DNA of 64,000 bases. Source: Chiloscyllium plagiosum. Taxonomy: Eukaryota. A model generated the notes under the pieces. That model ran no database searches. It saw only the letters and a program-made list of their open reading frames with translations, and was not told the origin of the DNA. The stretch is from NCBI RefSeq assembly GCF_004010195.1, contig NC_057718.1:18437689-18501688 (forward strand), read 5' to 3'. Positions 51,184 to 62,815 of the stretch are shown here, piece after piece. Each line of letters opens with the position of its first letter. The stretch's first letter is position 1. Made by a program: the position numbers and the translations under genes.

Positions 51184-51930
51184 CTTGGATAATGGCATTG
51201 AAAGGTCAAATATGCAATTTGCTGATGACACAAAATTGGGCAGCATTGGAAACAGTGTTGATGACAGCATAAAATTACAACAGGATATTGATAGATTAGT
51301 TGAATGGGCAAAGCTGTGGCAGATGGTGTTCAATATTAGCAAGTGTAAGGTTACTCATTTTGGACTAAAAAAGAATAGATCAGGGTAGTCTTTTAGAATG
51401 CACAAAGTTAAATACAAATGGTATCCAATATAATTTGGGGATCGATGTATAGCTCTTTAAGATGCCATAAACAGGTAAAGTATATAGTCCAGAAAGCAAA
51501 TGGAATATTCATAGAATCACTACAGTATGGAAACAAGCCACTTGACCCAACAAGTCCACATCAGCTCTCCAAAGAGGATCCCACCCAGACTGATCTCCTA
51601 CCTTATCACCCGACATTTCCCCCAGGTTAGCGCACCTAACCTACACATCAATGGACACTGGCCGATTTAGCACTGCCAAACACCTAACCTGCACACCTTT
51701 GGACTGTGAGAGGAAACCCACACAGACAAGGGGAGAGTGTGCAAACTCCACACAGACAATTTCCCAAGGCTGGAATTGAACCTAGGTCCTGGGCATTCTT
51801 AGGCAGCAATGCTAATCACTGAGCTACTATGCCACCATGGTGACCTTCATATCTACACACAAAAAATAGTGGAGATTTGGAACTCTCTTCCTCAAACAGC
51901 AGTCGATGTTAATTCAATAAAAATTGAGTG
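51184..51930 (+). mobile_element. Older CR1 RT fragment interrupted by HE1
   Basis: QFADDTKLG..KLQQDIDRLVEWAKLWQMVFNISKCKVTHFG. Confidence 0.85.
51508..51838 (-). mobile_element. HE1-type V-SINE
   Basis: Reverse HE1. Confidence 0.88.
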
Positions 51931-53039
51931 AAATAATCCACAGGTACTCCTCACAGGAGGGTAAATCTCTGATTGTATAAAAACACATACTGATGGGGCT
52001 GTTAGATCACATCAGAAATCAGCAGACCATAATCACATTTAGATGCAGACCTTCTGTGCCATAGGACTGAGTCCAATCTTTGACGCTGCCATATTAATCT
52101 GTACCCTGAAAACAAAATAAACACTACTAGAAATGACGTACTTGCTCAAAGAGAATCTGGTAAGATTGAGATGAAAAAATAGAACCTGCTTGTATCTCAC
52201 TGGATTCTGAATGGCTTCTAGCAGCTTGCATTTATATAGTTTCCTTAACAGAGCAAAACGTCCGAAGGTGCGTTAAAGAGTGCGGTCACATTTTCAACAC
52301 TGAGCCGCAGAAGGAAATATCAGGACAAATAAGCAAAAGCTTGATCAACAAAGTGGATTTTATGGAGCATTTGAAAGGACGAGAGAGAGAGAGAAAAACA
52401 CAACAGGCATGATGTAAGGTCAAACAAAAGGACAGAATGCAACACTGTGAAATAACAAATGTAAATAAAGCAGACTCTCCCCCCCCCCTCCCCCCCATTC
52501 TTGCAGCCAAATGAAGTCATCTCATTCCTGTCAACCTGCCAATCCAGATGTGAAATCTGTAATTATTTCCAGTAAAGAAAGGATACATAAAGGTGAATGT
52601 TTATCAGTGGAGTTGAAATATTTTAGTAGGAACAAACGTTTATTGAAGTAACATGCACAGGTACAGATATCCCAAATTGTAATGTTGACGTTCTCAGAAT
52701 GTGGCACTGATAATCCTGGCTGTACTAGGCACCGGTGTCTGGAAAATCTACCTTACTGTGATCAGCATTGGTAATCAGTTATGGTTCAGTACATAGCACT
52801 CTCATCTATGAGTTACAAGTTACACTGCAGAATTTTGAGTATAGAAACTAATTTGATACTCCTTTGTAAAAGGTAAAGGTCCAGTTGCCATAGTCACAGA
52901 GGACCATAGTGCTGGATACTCATTAGAGAGAGAGAGTTGACTGGTGGTGGTTTAACCTGAGGGTCACCGTGACTCAGGTGAGGGCAGAGGTTGAGAAGGA
53001 GAGTCCTTCATTGTAACCTCGATCAATATGGGAATTGGG

Positions 53040-53545
53040 ACTTAGGAATGTAGGAGCATAAGAACAAGAATAGGCCATTTAATCCCTTAAGCCTGTTCCA
53101 CCATTCATTGAGATCATGGCTGATCTATAACTCCATTTCCAAATACCTTTGCTTAACAAAACTTTATCAATTTCAGATTTAAAATTAACAACTCATCCAA
53201 CATCAACTGCTATGTATGAAAGAAAAGGCCTTACATCATTCCTGAATGGCCTGTCACTAATTCTAAGACTATGTCCCTATTCTAGAATTCCCAACTGGTT
53301 GAAATAGTTTATTTTTATCTACCCTGACTTTTCCTATTGCTATCTTGAAGAATTTGATCAGATCACCCTTTATACTTCTAAATTCCATTGAAAACAGGCC
53401 TTATTTCTATAGTGTCTCCTCAGGAAGTCCCAGATATCTTATTGTCATTATTGTAAACTTAGGTTGTACTCCACCCAAAGCCAATCTATTCTTCCTAAAT
53501 TGTGGGCCCAGATCTGATCACAGTACTCCAAGTGGTGTCTAACCA
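53040..53545 (-). mobile_element. CR1 LINE 3' fragment
   Basis: Reverse 3'UTR 'cataagaacaagaataggccattt..gagatcatggctgatct' and 'cagtactccaagtgg' (PHLEYC). Confidence 0.85.
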
Positions 53546-53584
53546 GGGTTTAGGTATTGAACTGAACCCAGGCTCTGCATTTGT

Positions 53585-53894
53585 GGGCGGCACGGTGGCA
53601 CAGTGGTTAGCACTGCTGCCTCGCAGCGCCAGAGACCCGGGTTCAATTCCCGCCTCAGGCGACTGACTGTGTGGAGTTTGCACATTCTCCCCGTGTCTGC
53701 GTGGGTTTCCTCCGGGTGCTCCGGTTTCCTCCCACACTCCAAAGATGTGCAAGTCAGGTGAATTGGCCATGCTAGATTGCCCGTAGTGTTAGGTAAAGGG
53801 GTAAATGTCAGGGTATGGGTGGGTTCCGCTTCGGCGGGTCGGTGTGGACTTGTTGGGCCGAAGGGCCTGTTTCCACACTGTAAGTAATCTAATC
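53585..53894 (+). mobile_element. HE1-type V-SINE, full-length, CpG-intact young copy
   Basis: gggcggcacggtggcacagtggttagc (A box)..gggttcaattccc (B box)..V core..gggccgaagggcctgtttccacactgtaagtaatctaatc. Confidence 0.97.
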
Positions 53895-55026
53895 ATTGCA
53901 AACCAGCCGTCCTGCAAATCAATCCTCTGGTCCTCAGTAAACTTTGATAGAATGCTGGGCATGCAATGGCTTGAGAAGGAAGAATTTATTGGGGCTCCCT
54001 TGGAAAGAAAGCACCACTGCCATACATCCAATCCCAGCAGCAGTACGCAGAGACCCTTAAGTGGCCAGTAGTTGAGCACTCAATGGCATCAAATGGACCA
54101 CGCAAGAAGGAGCCACCCAATACCTCCCTTGCCATGGTTAAAATCCCAGAGGTGGCAGGTAGTTGATAGGTATGGTACTGCCACCATACTACTCAATTCA
54201 ATGAAACTCACCCTGCCCAACAGCCCTCCAGTTCTGGAGTGGAACTTAAGTGATCGATTAATCATTTCTAAAACTATCCAGACCTCCTATCAGGTTGTTT
54301 CTAAATCTCCATTGCTCCAAGATAAATAGATCAAACTCTCTAAGTAACCAATGATCATTAAATTACTGCTGTGGTTTTCCAAGATCATTATTCATCTATA
54401 TATGTAGGATGACCAGACTGAGCTCAATTTCTCGATGTAAAGTGTTCAGCAAACTGCATAGTGACAAAATGGAAAAGGGTCTGTGGTGTATTGGTGGTGA
54501 TCCTACATCTGGGTGAGATAGTTTGGGTTCAAATCTGAATTGCCCCAGGGATGTGTCATAACATGTCTGAACAGGTGGCTTAAAAATATCTAGAAGGACA
54601 AAATAGTGTTATTTGCTTCAGATAGAATAGTTCTATTAAAACATCATAACGTTCTGCTGTACTTAGCTAGACACTCTACTTTCAGCTGTTCTTACACGGT
54701 AGCAGCTATGTCTTTCCTCTCTCTCCACCTCTTTCAATTTGGCTCTTGCAAATGAAAAATGTATTCTCTGTTGGCCCGACCAACAAGCAAAGGTATTTGT
54801 CATTCCTTAGCCTACTAGAATATAAGGGTTCTTGCATTTTGTTGTACTGCTTCATTGTTTTAATCTTTAAAGCATTTTTGTACCATCTACAAACTGATCA
54901 TATTTCCAACAATCTTGCTCAATAAAGGACCATGAAAAGACACAAGTTAAACTTCAAAGCTATTTCATTGACTGTAAAGCATACTGCAATGTTCTGAAGG
55001 TGTGAAAACTGTTCTGTACGTGTAAG

Positions 55027-55355
55027 GGGGCAGCACGGTGACTTAGTGGCTAACATTCCTGCCTCACAGCGCCAGTGACCCAGATTTGATTCCACACTCA
55101 AACGACTGTCTGTTTGGAGATTTGCACATTCTCCCCTTGTCTGTGTGGGTTTCCTCTGGGTGCTCCGGTGTCCTCCCACAGTTCAAAGATGTGCACATTT
55201 GCTGGATTGGCCATGCTAAATTGCCCTGTAGTTGGATTAGCCATGGGAGATGTAGGGATACATAATGGGCCTGGGTGGGATGATATTTGGAGGGCCAAAT
55301 GGCCTGTTTCCGTACCAAAGGGACTCTGTGAAAGGTCTTTCTTTCATAGAATCTC
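55027..55355 (+). mobile_element. HE1-type V-SINE
   Basis: Diverged head, core and tail. Confidence 0.88.
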
Positions 55356-55849
55356 ATAACTAGTCACTTACTAATGCAGAACATGTTGTTGAATAGAGAG
55401 ACACATTGCTAAACCTATTCATCTTGTACACATCAGGATAACAATGCACAAATGTCAAATTTCAAACAATCACAACAATTCATTCTAATGGAGAAAAGGA
55501 GGCAGGTGAATTGGCAAGTTAATTCTGATTAGCCAAGGAATTGGCATAGTCAAAGCCAACTATAAGTTCCCCAAGCTCTGGGATATTAAAAAAAACACAA
55601 GGCTTAAACATGTTCCTTTTGTTTGAAGAGCCTGGATCCTCTGCATCACTTCTAGCTAGGATAAATGTACCACATTATGAGATAAACAGATTATTTTACA
55701 TTGGTTGTCATTGTAGCTATTAGCACAACCGCTATTGTTCAACAAGTGCAGCCTCATCAATGAATCACATCTAATAGCAGTCATTTTGTTGTGTGTTTTA
55801 CAGGCACATGCAACTTGAGTATGGCCTGTACTTTGCTCCAAAGAAACAT

Positions 55850-56097
55850 CTGAACATCAATTATCCAAATTTCGGATTATCTCAACAAGATCTCAAGGTG
55901 TCATAAAAACAGCAACCCAGCATTCAGTTATCAGTTAAACAGCATTATGGCGTGCATTGCTGGATAACTGAGAAATGTTCGGAATACCGGCACTCATCAA
56001 CTACCGGTCACTTACGGTCAGGTTGATTATCCGAACAATCAATTATCCGAACAAAATACTCCCTGCCCATCTCATTCGGATAATTGAGATTCTACTG
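55850..56097. mobile_element. Tigger/pogo-like (Tc1-mariner) non-autonomous element, one end intact
   Basis: Right end reads TA|CAGTAGAATCTCAATTATCCGAA on the minus strand; internal repeated and inverted 'attatccgaac' motifs. Confidence 0.65.
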
Positions 56098-56199
56098 TAA
56101 AATGCTGATTGATTCATTCAGCCAATTGCTGGGATGTAAGTTTTATGTAGCTGGCATCATACTGGCACTGAAATTCACGTGCAGTGTTGCTCAATTGTG

Positions 56200-56470
56200 T
56201 AATAAGTCTTTGTAAACTGACAGTAACGTCCTGCTATTGAGAAACACCACTCACATATCCAGTGCATTCCCCAAGCTGCTGTTGAGATTTTTTGCCTGTC
56301 CAAGATAACTTGCAGTAAACTGCGTCTGTGGCTCGTTTGTGAGTTTGTGTGATGCAGAGTGAATAATGATCTGACAGGATAGCCATTGTCCCGCACGATA
56401 GCTTTGACATGCTCTAGTTTTCTGCTAAATCTGCAAGGTGAGCAAATGGTTTGAGCCATTGGATCTGCAA
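56200..56470 (-). mobile_element. Penelope-like RT C-terminal relic
   Basis: AQTICSPC..KLEHVKAIVRDNGYP matches the PLE 'RA..ICS..EL..L..NGYP' motif. Confidence 0.7.
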
Positions 56471-56519
56471 TGGTGTTTCAGTAGAGCTATTCAATAGATC
56501 ACATTGCCTTATTTATTTC

Positions 56520-57250
56520 CTATAGCTCTAATTTCTTTCCCTTCCAACTAGTTACTTAACTCTCATTTGAATGTTAGCATTGAATCGACTTTCACCATCC
56601 TTCCAAGCAGTGCATTTCAGATCACTGTGTACTGCAACGTTTCCACTTGTGCCGTCTCAGACCTGTGCCTCTCAGTTACTGCCCCTTGATTCACTGTTAA
56701 CAGTTTCTCTCTAGTTGCAGTATCATATTTTTGAAGATCTCTATCAAATGTTCTCTTAACCTTCTCTGTTCTAAGGATAACAGACCCAGTTTCTCCAGTC
56801 TCTCAACATAATTAAATGCCTTAACCCTAGCACCTTTCTAGTTGATGTCCACTGAAACTTGTCTCTTGGCTGAGTATCCTTCCTTGAGTGTGAAATACAG
56901 AACTGGACACAACAATTCTGCTGAGGCCTTGCTAGTGTTTTATACAGGTTTCTGAATATCTTCCTTGCTGTTGTACTAAAAGGACCCATATGACATGTTT
57001 TAAACAGCCTTTCCAATATGAGGTGCCAACTTCATACATCTTGGTATTTCAGTTGCGGCATTCCTCTTAAAATAGTACCATCTTTCCTCTCCTCCTTATT
57101 CCCATGAATATGCATACATTTCTCTGTGTTAATAAAACTTCATCTTTCACACATCTGTCTCTTTTCCAAGTCAGTCTCTGTATGTCCTCATTGTCTTTTA
57201 CTATTCTCCTCAACGTTTACTACATTTCCAAGTTTTCTTCCATCTGCAAA
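56520..57250 (-). mobile_element. CR1 LINE fragment, degenerate
   Basis: VFADGRKLGNVVN.., LYKTLARPQQNCCVQF. Confidence 0.8.
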
Positions 57251-57356
57251 CACATTGGTCTCTAGGTAAAAACAATGACTGCAGATGCTGGAAACCAGAT
57301 TCTGGATTAGTGGTGCTGGAAAAGCACAGCAGTTCAGGCAGCATCCGAGGAGCAGT

Positions 57357-57395
57357 GAAATCGACGTTTCGGGCAAAAGCCCTTCATCAGGAATA
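57357..57395 (-). ncRNA. Minimal hammerhead ribozyme motif
   Basis: UAUUC-CUGAUGA-A-GGGC-UUUU-GCCC-GAAA-CG-UC-GAUUU. Confidence 0.75.
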
Positions 57396-57422
57396 CAGGC
57401 AGAGAATCAGGCTCTCTGCCTG

Positions 57423-57461
57423 TATTCCTGATGAAGGGCTTTTGTCCGAAACATCGATTTT
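57423..57461 (+). ncRNA. Minimal hammerhead ribozyme motif (variant)
   Basis: UAUUC-CUGAUGA-A-GGGC-UUUU-GUCC-GAAA-CA-UC-GAUUU; G-U pair in stem II, AUC triplet. Confidence 0.65.
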
Positions 57462-59794
57462 ACTGCTCCTCGGATGCTGCCTGAACTGCTGTGCTCTTCC
57501 AGCACCACTAATCCAGAAACACATTGTCTCTGCCTGGTATATTCAAGTCCACATCATTAACAAACTTCAAAAGCAACTAAAGCTTGGTGACATCCCAGGA
57601 AATACATTTCTCTATCCAACTTTTTATCTGGCATTTTCTTCACGTTTGCTCTCTCTGTTTTCTGTTTGTTTGTGTATGTAAAGCACTGATGCAAAAAAAA
57701 CTGGTTTGCTATTTTGCTGTGTAGGATTACAATAATTAAACAGGAGGTTGAAAATGTTGCAGCTCATTAATCTACAAAGATTACTTACACAATAGCCTTC
57801 AGTATGGAAAATGATTATTATAGAAATGTCAGGTAATTGCCCCAGCAATGCTATGCATATAACTCACCTTCATAGATAAAGCTGCAGTCGCTAATGAAAT
57901 GACTTCATCTTAATAACCTGCAAATGTAAGGACAGGAATAATATATGAAGATGTTGTGCTTTTTCATGCATGATGCTTGCTTTGGCCTGGAAGAATCCTG
58001 CAAAAATTAATGCTGCTAGAAAAAGACATTGAATTCCCCTCATGCAAATGTGACATTCCAGGTTCAGTCCAGAACAAAAATTTCCCAAATTTGGCCCCCG
58101 AGTCTCATATTAGTAACCACAAGCCAGTTGTGAGGACCTGCTGCATTTCCCACAGAAACCCCACTTTTGCCACCTGTTTATAAGTCTTGGGTGCTGAGAG
58201 GAGGAGTTGATAATGGCAGACTGGTAGCTGCACACATCGATCCAACTCCCAATTCAATCTAACTTGAATAGAGCTTCATAATGATTTTCACTGCAATCCC
58301 CCCCTAGCCTGTTAAGTGGACTTGCCGATCCACCCTGCTTCCACTTTCCTGATCCTCACAAGAATCACCCCAACCAGAAGATTATCCGAAGGCCACTGAC
58401 TGACATGACATTGTCTCATGAGCCTCTAGAAGCTTAGCACATGTCAACAACCTACTCTGAACATGTTGACCAAATCCTTAATTTCACATCCATAAGCATT
58501 CTATCCACCAATCCCCAACTCCATCCCATACTATCAAATTCCACGTCCCACCTTTGATAGTGATAGCTCAAGAACACTCATCCCTACAGACGAAACCCAA
58601 GTGATGTACAACCCTAGGTTCTCCCAAAGCTTGCTGTCTTTCCTTCTGCCAAATCTCAAATGCATCACCCCGCCCCCAGCCTGCTAATCTGCTAAAGCAC
58701 TGGAGTCTGAATGTTACAATCATATTGGAAATGAACTATCAATATTCAACTTCCACCATTTGTTTTAAAACCTGAGACTTCCATGGAATTTTTATTTAAA
58801 AAAATACCTAAAGCAACTGCTGTGAACATCTGACAAGCCCAGACAATCCACGTATACAAGTGGCTGCCTCAGAATTACCATTTTAATCAGGAAGCATGGA
58901 AACTCAGTGAGGTGTGAACAAATTTGCATCTCTTGTTTTACTGACACTCGTGTGGTAACTTTACATATTGAAGATGAAAGGTTACTTGCCGAATGCTCAG
59001 TTTGGAAAAGACAATGCAGCTAGATTTTTTAAAATACAAATCCGCAGGTTGCTTTGAATACCAAAGGAAAGAGAATGCAACATGGACTGAACACAAGGGC
59101 ACAGCGAGCTCCTCTTTCTTAATCTCAGTCTCAGCAAGCCATCGCTGGTGAAAAGAAACAGTTTGGGGAAAATAATGGTCCTCTGGTGGCTGAGAGATCA
59201 TGAGTATCTGAAAGTTCTGCCACTCCTGAGGAAGGACAACAACAGCTAAGCAACTGGGACTCATTTTTCACTTTCATAAGTGAAAGGCTCTTAGAATTGT
59301 AAACTGCAACTGTCTTTACTGGAGATCCCACCTTCCCACACCTTCTTTGTAAGCTCATTACCAGTATTTTGCATCTGTGCTTGTCATTCAACTCCACTCT
59401 CTTTCACTGTAGAAAGCCTTGGAATTAGCTTTCCTTCATTTTCATTTGTTTATCTAATGTTAATTGAAGTGTGATAACTATGTGCTAAAAGAGTTTTGAA
59501 GGTTCATAATATATTATCACAGCTGAAAAATGGAACATTTTGTCAAAGATTTTCATTTTAAACACATCAGCAAAAGTCACAAGAATACCAAATCACTGAG
59601 AGAAGTAATATTTATACAAAAGTGAGGAAAGTGCTGTTTGGTTAGCAAGTGGACTGTGGTGGACAAGTTGTCACGGAGAATGCTCTGATTGACAATTAAC
59701 TGGTAGGTTCTGTTTAGACTTCAAATCTTGCGGGTTGACTCCGATTGAATCTACCACTATTTTGTTGAGTTTGGCAATACTTCCAAAAAAAAAG

Positions 59795-60478
59795 ACCCTG
59801 GGCTGCAGGTTCATTGTTCCTTGAAAGTGGAGTCACAGGCAGACCGCGTGGTGAAGAAGGTATTTGGTACACTTGCCTTTATTAGTCAGTGCATTGAGTA
59901 TAGGAGTTGGGAGGTCATGTTGCGTCTGTAGAGGACATTGGTTAGGCCACTTTTGGAATACTGTGTTCAATTCTGGTCTCCAGAAAGACGCTGCGAAACT
60001 TGAAAGCATTCAGAAAAGATTTACAAGGACTTTGCAGGGTTGAAGAGTTTAAGCGATGGGAAAAGGCTGTATAGGCTGAGGCCATTTTCCCTGCAGCATC
60101 GGAGGCTGAGGGGTGACCTTATAGAGGTTTATATAATCATGAGGGGCATGAAAGAATGCTTTTTCTCAAAGTAGGGGAGTCCAAAACTAGAGGGCATAGG
60201 TTTAAGGTGAGAGGGAAAAGATTTAAAATGAACATAAGGGGCAACTTTTTCACACAGAGGGTGGTGCGTGGATGGAATGAGCTGCCACAATAAATGGTGT
60301 AGGCTGGGATAATTATGACATTTAAAAGGTATCTGGAGTGATATATGAATAGGAAGGGTTTGAAGGGATATGGGTGAAATGCTGGCAAATGGGACTAGAT
60401 TAATTTAGGGTATCTGGTTGGCATGGATGAGTTAGACTGAAGGGTCTGTCTCCATACTGTACAGCTCTCTGACTCTAT
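59795..60478 (+). mobile_element. CR1/HER1 LINE 3' fragment
   Basis: LYRTLVRPLLEYCVQFWSP..RRLRGDLIEVY..NFFTQRVVRGWNELP with a 'ctctctgactctat' tail. Confidence 0.92.
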
Positions 60479-60603
60479 AATTGATACAGACTCATATACA
60501 TGTTCTATCTCTCTTCAAAGAACAGGCCATAGATATTAAAATATGTAGCTTCGGGTACATGCAAGTGCGTCACACTGAGTTGAACTGACAATCCTTGATT
60601 GGT

Positions 60604-60932
60604 TATAGAATAGAATCCCTACAGTGTGAAAGCAGGCCATAAAGTCCACACCAACCCTGCGAATAGCATCTCACACAGACCCACCACCCTTCACCACCCT
60701 TCCCTATCCTTGTAACTCTGCATTTCCCATGGCCAGTAGACATAACCTGCAATTATGGGCAATTTAGCATAGCCAATCCACCTAACCGGCACACTTTTGG
60801 ACTGTGGGAAGAAACTGGATCACCTGCAGGAGAGAATGTGCAAACTCCACACAGACAGCTGCCTGAAGGTAGAATCGAACCCAGGTCCCTGGCACTCTGA
60901 AGCAGCAGTACTAACCACTGAGCCACTGTGGT
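60604..60932 (-). mobile_element. HE1-type V-SINE
   Basis: Reverse HE1. Confidence 0.9.
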
Positions 60933-61124
60933 TGCCAGTATAAGTTCTTCATACACTCACACAGTTGTAGATGTTCAGTTGCAGAAACAGTGGACATTGC
61001 ACTGAAAGTGGGGGCTAGTTGGGTACAGTTAGTACCATGCTTCTTACGAATAGCTGAATGATATGCTGTTTGATACAATTTGCTACACTATCATGCATAC
61101 CTAGCATCACATTGACACTGACAT

Positions 61125-61664
61125 TCATAAACCTTGGTAGTGTAGATGAGCAGAGAGATCTCGGTGTCCAGGTACACAGATCCTTGAAAGTTGCCACCCA
61201 GTTTGACAGGGTTGTTAAGAAGGTATACAGTATTTTAGCTTTTATTAATAGAGGGATCGAGTTCTGGAACCATGAGGTTATACTACAGCTGTACAAAACT
61301 CTGGTGCGGCCGCACTTGGAGTATTATGTACGGGTTAGATAGGGTGGACAGGGAGAGCCTTTTTCCAAGTATGGTGACGGTGAGCACGAGGGGGCATAGC
61401 TTTAAATTAAGGGGTGATAGATATAGGACAGATGTCAGAGGTAGTTTCTTTACTCAGAGAGTAGTAAGTGTATGGAATGCTTTGCCTGCAATGGTAGTAG
61501 ATTCGCTAACTTTAAGTACATTTAAGTCGTAATTGGACAAGCATATGGACATACATGGAATAGTGTAGGTTAGATGGTCTTCAGATTGGTATGACAAGTC
61601 AGTGCAACATCGAGGGCTGAAGGGCCTGTACTGCGCTGTAATGTTCTATGTTCTATATGTTCTA
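61125..61664 (+). mobile_element. CR1 LINE 3' fragment with internal deletion
   Basis: EQRDLGVQVHRSLKV..LYKTLVRPHLEYYV joined directly to GLDRVDRE..TRGHSFKL..FFTQRVVSVWNALP; (GTTCTAT)n tail. Confidence 0.92.
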
Positions 61665-61779
61665 AACCACATGACTATTTGTGTTATAGGCATTTAATGG
61701 ATAATCCTATGTACGTGTAAAGTACCATTACCGCATTGTGCCCATTTCAACTTAACAACATAAGTGATAGAGAATTGAT

Positions 61780-62050
61780 AGTTCAATTCTAAGGACAATG
61801 CCCTGACAAATCTGTGTTAACGTTCCAGGTTTAAAATTTAAACACCTGGCAGTTAACCATCAATCATTATTATTGGATGAATTCTCCATGACAATGTCTC
61901 TATCGATTAGAGTCCACCTACCAATCAACACTCTCCTCTCATTAAGTATAAATGTTGGTTTCCCTATTAATTTGATACTCTTGCAAAGTGTCCTGTTGAG
62001 TGTAAGATGAAAAGCTTTGACAAAATGTATAATTTTTTTGCAGTAATGCT
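61780..62050 (+). mobile_element. Further Penelope-like pLTR family with near-consensus hammerhead
   Basis: 61988-62022 GUGUC-CUGUUGA-GUGUAAGAU-GAAA-AGCU-UU-GACA; decayed reverse copies at ~55375-55620 and ~59520-59760. Confidence 0.6.
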
Positions 62051-62099
62051 ATAGTTCTGTACTAGTGATCTACCTTATTATTATTATTTGAGAACTTTA

Positions 62100-62815
62100 G
62101 TTTTAAGGTGGGTGAAAAATGATTTTAGATTTAGGAATTATGGGAAGGTTTGACTTGTTTCTTTTAGCGGTCAGTAAGTTACTTTGAACACTGATTTCAG
62201 TTAAATGACTAGCAAGCCATTTTGGGAAATAATTCCGAAGCTATTTAATGACTTAAGTTTTATAACCTCCTGAGAGAGAAAGAGGGGGCCAGAAGCATGT
62301 TCATACAGAGAAAAGAGATCCATAACAGCTGAAGATGGCTCTGGAGGTGTCAGAGAAGATATCCTGTTTAAGACAGGATGTTATGGACACCGATGTTAAG
62401 TGAGCTGAATTAACAGTTTGTTTTAAGGGTCTTGGGGAGAGACATTAATTGAAGAAAATAACATTGACAGAATATGCAGAAATTTGCCAAAGTTAAATCA
62501 GTTACAGCCATACCAATTGAGCAAGATGCTTTAGTGTGAAGGAAGTGTTGACTCTTCCCTGAGGTTTGTGTATTGGAAAGCTTATTGCTGTTGTAAACTT
62601 TTCTTTCTGACATATATAATGAGATTGTTACAACAGTTCTCATGTAGTACAATACAGCTCATGTTTTTTTAATGCAGAGCTTTTTTTATCGAAAAGACGC
62701 CTCTTGTGAATATGTTCTATCATCTCCATTGGAAAAGACAAAGAAAATAAAACTTTTGGTCTTTCTAGCCAGGATTTCCTCTGTCTGTGTGTTACCATCA
62801 TCTGGGATCATAAGA
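62100..62815 (+). mobile_element. LTR-like segment
   Basis: Ends 'ctgggatcataaga', like the end at 37700-37719; left boundary uncertain. Confidence 0.35.

Larger units (their letters stand above)
57264..57516 (-). mobile_element. Penelope-derived fold-back insertion with two divergently oriented hammerhead cores
   Basis: TSD aaacacattggtctct (57248-57263) / aaacacattgtctct (57517-57531); ~106-bp arms at 57300-57405 and 57413-57518, 7-nt loop, 36-nt tail at 57264-57299. Confidence 0.93.

Noticed and set aside
53585..53660. tRNA gene
   Set aside because: The tRNA-like head continues into the V-SINE core and LINE tail, so it is an HE1 SINE
58938..59397. Candidate exon or ORFs in unique sequence
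   Set aside because: No recognisable protein motif; the frames I checked after the ccgcag acceptor reach stops early
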